From contig NIVC01000719.1 of the NCBI GenBank assembly GCA_002269645.1, positions 114,020-178,019 of the forward strand: DNA of 64,000 nucleotides, written 5' to 3'. Made by a program: the position numbers and the translations under genes. Below the pieces are notes generated by a model. It had not been told where the DNA came from, did not search any database, and saw nothing but the letters and a program-made list of their open reading frames with translations. This DNA comes from Macrostomum lignano (taxonomy: Eukaryota). Shown here piece after piece: positions 58,121 to 64,000 of the stretch (position 1 is the stretch's first letter; every line of letters begins with the position of its first letter).

Positions 58121-58589
58121 ATTTACACAAAGGCCCTGGCTATAACTATAGGTTAGCTATTGATCGTTTTACTAAATTTAACCCCCACCCTTTTTGAAAG
58201 CCGATCAATACAGTCTCGCGTTCGTGCACTTGTATAGTAAATGCTTATATAAGTTCCTGAATGGGCCACCAAACAGCGATGGTCGATAGGCCAGTTCTCA
58301 TTTTGGATGATTTAAATTCTATAGCTACTCACTCATACAGAGGTAGGAGGGAGCAGACAGAGAGGTGCGATCCAATCAAAAGTCTATCTATCCATCTATA
58401 CATTGTCAGTGGCGTATGCAGCGGCGAGTATAGGAGGCGTCCCACCCTCCCGACATCGACCGCTCCTCAAGAAAACTAAATGAAAGAGGCAACACCGAAC
58501 TCGACAAAGGACAGGAGCTCAACTTCCGCCACCTCTTGGACGTGGCATCCAGCGGCCGAGAAGACAGGGGTGGCTAGGGGCCCGCACAC

Positions 58590-59060
58590 CAAGAGACAGT
58601 GGCGCCCCACCCAAGAGACAGGGGCGCCCCACCCAAGAGACAGTGGCGCCCCACCCAAGAGACAGGGGCGCCCCACCCAAGAGACAGTGGCGCCCCACCC
58701 AAGAGACAGTGGCGCCCCACCCAGGAGACAGTGGCGCCCCACCTAGGAGACAGGGGCGCCCCACCCAGGAGACAGTGGCGCCCCACCCAGGAGACAGTGG
58801 CGCCCCCACCCAGGAGACAGTGGCGCCCCACCCAGGAGACAGTGGCGCCCCACCCAGGAGACAGTGGCGCCCCACCCAGGAGACAGTGGCGCCCCACCCA
58901 GGAGACAGTGGCGCCCCACCTAGGAGACAGTGGCGACAGGAGATAGGAGACAGGGGCGCCCCACCCAGGAGACAGGCGTCCACCCAGGAAACAGGGGCGC
59001 CCCACCCAGGAGAGTTGCGCCCCACCCAGGAAACAGTGGCGCCCCACCCAGGAGGCAGGG
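58590..59060. repeat. 22-bp GC-rich minisatellite
   Basis: GGCGCCCCACCCAGGAGACAGT units. Confidence 0.9.
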
Positions 59061-59844
59061 GCGCCCATTCAGGCGACAGTGGCGCTAACCCAGGAGATAG
59101 AGGCGCCAACAAAGCGATAGGCGTTCTTCACCAAGAGATTCACCAAGAGTCTCTCAGGAGACTGAGAGATTTTGGCGCCAATTTAGCTTTGCAGGTGAGA
59201 TTTGGGAATTAGCAATGGCAGGATTTTAATACTCATACCTACCCTTCTCTCTCGCACAGACCAGTCAGTCAACCTTCAGTGCTAAACCTAATCAGTCAGA
59301 GCTGCTGGGGCGGCCTGTCAGCTCCGCCAAAACCAGTTTTTTAGTCCAGGTCAAGGCTCACGGGGGGAATTGCTGAAATATTAAGGCTTACAGTGGGATT
59401 TCTGAGATGTTAGGGCTCGCGGGGGGGGGGGGATAACTGAGATGTCAAGGCTGAGGCCAGAAGCTACATGTAGTTTATCCAAAAATTTGTATTCCATTCT
59501 TTGTTGACTTCCCTACGGGGGGGGGGCGCTGATCGCTAGTCCATATACTAAAAATCGTTTGTTCGTATGCCCATTCATATGCGATTGATTTTTGAAAATT
59601 CAGTGCTCAAACTAATCAGTCAGAGCTGCTGGAGCGGCCTGTCGGTTCCGCCAAAACCAGGCTTTTTATTCGAACGAGTTGGCAACAAAATTAATTTTCT
59701 GCTAATTGATTGATTAAATCACACCGTATTCGTGGGAAGGGGATGGCTTTAAATAAAATAGCTCACGTTTACAATAAAAATTTTATCCTTCTCAGAAATT
59801 AGACATGAATTTATAATTTAATATGTCATTTATGCCCCTTAGAT

Positions 59845-60605
59845 GCCTCACGTCTCATAGATTGATTTCTCACGTCTCATAGTATGATCTCTCACATCTC
59901 ATAGTATCATTTCTCACATCTCATCAAATGATTTTTGCGTCTCATAGAGTGATTTCCCACATCTCATAGATTGATTTCTCACATCTCATAGAGTGATTTC
60001 TCACATCTCATAGATTGATTTCTCACATCTCGTAGATTGATTTCTCACATCTCGTAGATTGATTTCTCACATCTCATAGATTGATTTCTCACATCCCGTA
60101 GATTGATTTCTCACATCTCGTAAATTGATTTCTCACATCTCATAGATTGATTTCTCACATCTCGTAGATTGATTTCTCACATCTCGTAGATTGATTTCTC
60201 ACATCTCATAGAGTGATTTCTCACATCTCATAGATTGATTTCTCACATCTCATAGAGTGATTTCTCACATCTCATAGATTGATTTCTCACATCTCGTAGA
60301 TTGATTTCTCACATCTCGTAGATTGATTTCTCACATCTCATAGATTGATTTCTCACATCCCGTAGATTGATTTCTCACATCTCGTAAATTGATTTCTCAC
60401 ATCTCATAGATTGATTTCTCACATCTCGTAGATTGATTTCTCACATCTCGTAGATTGATTTCTCACATCTCATAGAGTGATTTCTCACATCTCATAGATT
60501 GATTTCTCACATCTCATAGAGTGATTTCTCACATCTCATAGATTGATTTCTCACATCTCGTAGATTGATTTCTCACATCTCATAGATTGATTTCTCACAT
60601 CTCAT
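59845..60605. repeat. 22-bp minisatellite
   Basis: GATTGATTTCTCACATCTCRTA units. Confidence 0.95.
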
Positions 60606-61459
60606 CTCACGATTGTATGAAGTTGAAAACTCAAAGTACACAAAAATAAAAATACGCGGAAGCTTTTAAAGTAAAAAAATAGCTTAATGATATGCCTTTT
60701 CTTTATACTTGGTACTGGAAAATTAAACAGGTAAAACACCTCAAAGGCTCAAACAAAATTGAAAGAAAGTTCGTTTGGAAATTAAAAAAAGTCAATTGAA
60801 ACAGAGATCTGATCCAAAATAGCGTGCTTTCTCCCTCATTAATAAATATGCAAATTTCAGATGCCCCCGTGGTGTCAACTTTAACAGATAAAAAAAATAA
60901 ATACTGTGCCGCTCAGGATGCAAATTTTCAGCGTCAGAGGTCCCGCCGTCAGGTTCGATGACTGCCACTGGGGAATTAATTAATTAACCGCCAATTAATT
61001 CGGGCCAGACCAACCAAACCCTCCCCCCTCCGCCTGAACCAAACCGTGGCGGATGAACTTTTCCGGCCGATAAGAGAGAATGGGGGGGTTGGGGTAGAGG
61101 TTTGGTTTGGGGGTGGGGGTTGGGGGTTTGGTTTGAGGGTTGGGCCTGGCGCGCTGGATGCGCCGGGACACAGCGGGGAGTCAGCGGCTGCGACGGCCCG
61201 CCAGTCGGACAAAAAAAGGGCGACGTCAAGAGTTGGGTGATAAACTCATTTATATATGAATAGGGAGGGCCCGTGGCCGCGCAGAGAGCTTTAACAGCGG
61301 CTTGCGTGTATAATTTCATATTAACTATATATAAAAATAGTAAGCCTAAACGTATAATTCTTAGGGAGGGAGGGGGCGGGTAGAAAAACTAAAGCCTAAT
61401 AATGATGGATTCGCGTCGAGACTCAGCCGACAGGCGAGCAAAAAAAGTTCGAATATTTT

Positions 61460-64000
61460 TCAAAGTCCACCGCCGGAACGGTCAACCGGAATTCGGGCGT
61501 CCTGTTGCGGCTTTTTGTAATTAGCGGCTGACGAATCGCCGAGCACGTGCTTGAATCGGGATGAGCCAACGAAGCCGCTCTTAGTGGCTGACATGTACTG
61601 CAGAGCGGTTATTAGCGTTCTTTGTCATTTAGAGCACATTCTGAGCACACTGATTCTGAGCACACTGATTCTGAGCACACTGATTCTGAGCACACTGATT
61701 CTGAGCACACTGATTCTGAGCACACTGATTCTGAGCACACTGATTCTGAGCACACTGATTCTGAGCACACTGATTCTGAGCACACTGATTCTGAGCACAC
61801 TGATTCTGAGCACACTGATTCTGAGTACACTGATTCTGAGCACACTGATTCTGAGCACACTGATTCTGAGCACACTGATTCTGAGCACACTGATTCTGAG
61901 CACACTGATTCTGAGCTCACTGAATCTGAGCACACTGATTCTGAGCACACTGATTCTGAGCTCACTGAATTTGAGCACACTGATTCTGAGCACACTGATT
62001 CTGAGCACACTGATTCTGAGCACACTGAATCTAAGCACACTGATTCTGAGCACACTGAATTTAAGCACACTGATTCTGAGCATACTGATTCTGAGCATAC
62101 TGATTCTGAGCACACTGATTCTGAGCACACTGATTCTGAGCACACTGATTCTGAGCACACTGATTCTGAGCACACTAAATCTGAGCACACTGATTCTGAG
62201 CACACTGATTCTGAGCACAATATTTTGGGCCAAAGTCACCATCAAGAATAAAGTATATAAAAGTAATTTTAATAGTTTTAGCCCCCAATTAAATAGTGGA
62301 AGTGCTGTGCTAAAAAGTACTAAAACCTACTGCTCATGCAATTGCAATTAAATAGGCCAATTCCGGAATAATCCAGACTGGACGACAAAAAGCAGCGCGC
62401 TCCCAGAATCCGGCCAGACCGATGGGGATGGGCAAACGGAGTCTGGGCTTCATCCCGTTCGGTCATCAATTTCACAGTGTTTTTTTATCACAAAAATCGG
62501 TTTTCACCAGCACTTTGGGAAATTAAACTTCTGCTCGCAGTAAAGGCTTCTCAATATTTGTTTATCCCATTAATTTTTTTCCTAAGCCAAAGCAGCTCAC
62601 CTGCAGAAACTCGGATATTTCGATGCGGCCATTTCTGTTGAGATCGACTTCGTCGATAATCTCTCTGATCTGGTGCGGCTCCAGCCTGTGATCCGAGTCC
62701 TGACAGGAAACAAATTATGAAATTTTTTAAGCTTTCGAGTTTGAGTAAGCCTTGCCATTGCAGAAATTGGTTCAGACCAATTTAAAATTGATTTCGCAAA
62801 GGGGTAGAAAGGGTAGGGATATAACAGGTAGGGGTAGAACAGGTAGGGGTAGAACCGGTTGGGGGTAGAAAAGGTTGGGGTAGAACAGGTAGGGGGTAGA
62901 AAGGGTAGGGGGTAGAAAGGGTAGGGGTAGAACAGGCAAGGGGTATGCCAGGAAGTTGGAGAACAGGCAGGGGTAGAACAGGCAAGGGATAGACCAGGCA
63001 GTTGGAGAACAGGCAGGGGTAGAACAGGCAAGGGGTAGAACAGGCAAGGGGTAGAACAGGCAAGGGGTAGAACAGGCAAGGGGTAGAACAGGCAGGGGTA
63101 GAACAGGCAAGGGGTAGAACAGGCAGGGATAGAACAGGCAGGGATAGAAAAGGCAAGGTGTAGAACAGGCAGGGGTAGAACAGGCAGGGGTAGAACAGGC
63201 AGGGGTAGAACAGGCAGGGTGTAGAACAGGCAGGGGTAGAACAGGCAGTTGGAGAACAGGCAGGGGTAGAACAGGCAAGGGTAGAACAGGCAGGGGTAGA
63301 ACAGGCAAGGGGTAGAACAGGCAGGGGTAGAACAGAGGAGATTAGAGCGTGACAGAAACTGATGTGTCGACATCAGAGCGAAAAGTTTAGCTCGTATCAA
63401 ATCAAAATTACTAATTGCTTTTAAAAACAAGGCTACGACCAAGCTGCTCCGAGGATGAGTTCTTAATCTGAAGAAGGAAAAGGAGTAAGCTGGGAGTTGC
63501 TAATTAATTGTTTATTGCCTTCTTACTGATAAAACCAGAGGTTTAAATAACGTTCTTAAAAAACAATACAAGTCGAAGATAAAATGAAGAGATGAACTAA
63601 GAGACAATCATACTAATCAAAGATAATCACAATCAATAAGGGGACTATAGGATAAAGGGAATTCCGGATAATTCAAAAGGGGAATCCCAGATTATTTGAT
63701 AAGGGGAATCCCAGATTATGCGATAAGGGGAATCCCAGATTATGCGATAAGGGGAATCCCAGATTATGTAATAAAGGGAAACCCAAATTCTACGATAAGG
63801 GTAATCTAAATTTTACGATACGGGGATATCTCAGTTTCTAAGATGCAGTAAAGGTAAGGCAGTACTAAGGTTAACTAAACAAGCAGTAATAGCAGTAATA
63901 GTATACCTTAAAGAATCGCTCCATATCGGACAGAGTGATGAATCCTTTATTGTCCGAGTCGATTGATCGGAATTTTTTGGTAAGATCGGCCACCTCCTCG
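61460..64000 (-). CDS. GPD2: Mitochondrial FAD-dependent glycerol-3-phosphate dehydrogenase, 3' end (EF-hand region); gene continues beyond the window
   Basis: Exons 64000-63907 (EEVADLTKKFRSIDSDNKGFITLSDMERFFK), 62699-62601 (IIDEVDLNRNGRIEISEFLQ), 61597-61460 (YMSATKSGFVGSSRF...RIPVDRSGGGL*) match the GPD2 C-terminus. Confidence 0.92.
61637..62218. repeat. 15-bp minisatellite, GPD2 last intron
   Basis: TTCTGAGCACACTGA, about 39 copies. Confidence 0.95.
62805..63335. repeat. About 17-bp minisatellite, GPD2 intron
   Basis: GGGGTAGAACAGGCA(A/G) units. Confidence 0.9.

Noticed and set aside
50968-63442. Very long ORFs (200-600 aa) in 51-63 kb
   Set aside because: They are translations of stop-free tandem repeats open in several frames on both strands; 61551-62351 and 62597-63442 lie mostly in GPD2 introns.

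Overview
Eukaryotic, metazoan DNA: GC-rich spliced exons in AT-rich, minisatellite- and transposon-filled introns and intergenic DNA. The style resembles a free-living flatworm such as Macrostomum, which is an inference and unverified. No prokaryotic features, CRISPR arrays, rRNA or true tRNA genes were found. Genes reconstructed by hand from splice sites: a short Nopp140/NOLC1-like gene (+, 2896-4628, 5' end unresolved); a head-to-head pair of secreted proteins with an ALK/LTK-type glycine-rich domain (-, 6434-8370; +, 9641-11387); endophilin A (-, 14476-23754); a CAMK-group Ser/Thr kinase (+, 26957-31205); PSMC5/Rpt6 (-, 32787-36101, no genomic ATG found); an orphan polyG/polyQ ORF (-, 49784-50452); and the 3' end of mitochondrial GPD2 (-, 61460-64000). 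The most unusual structure is at 42651-47924: two near-identical 2.54-kb TIR elements in direct orientation flank a 193-bp passenger. Removing the whole unit plus one AA restores a mariner TGDETWVYFYDP motif, so it looks like a eukaryotic composite transposon. Also notable: a coding, internally deleted THAP/P-element (KP-like) nested in a mariner-type foldback element; a candidate 6-nt microexon in endophilin; and a PSMC5 start that may come from a trans-spliced leader AUG. Most long ORFs in the supplied track are tandem-repeat artefacts. Coordinates were counted by eye; repeat boundaries and copy numbers are approximate.
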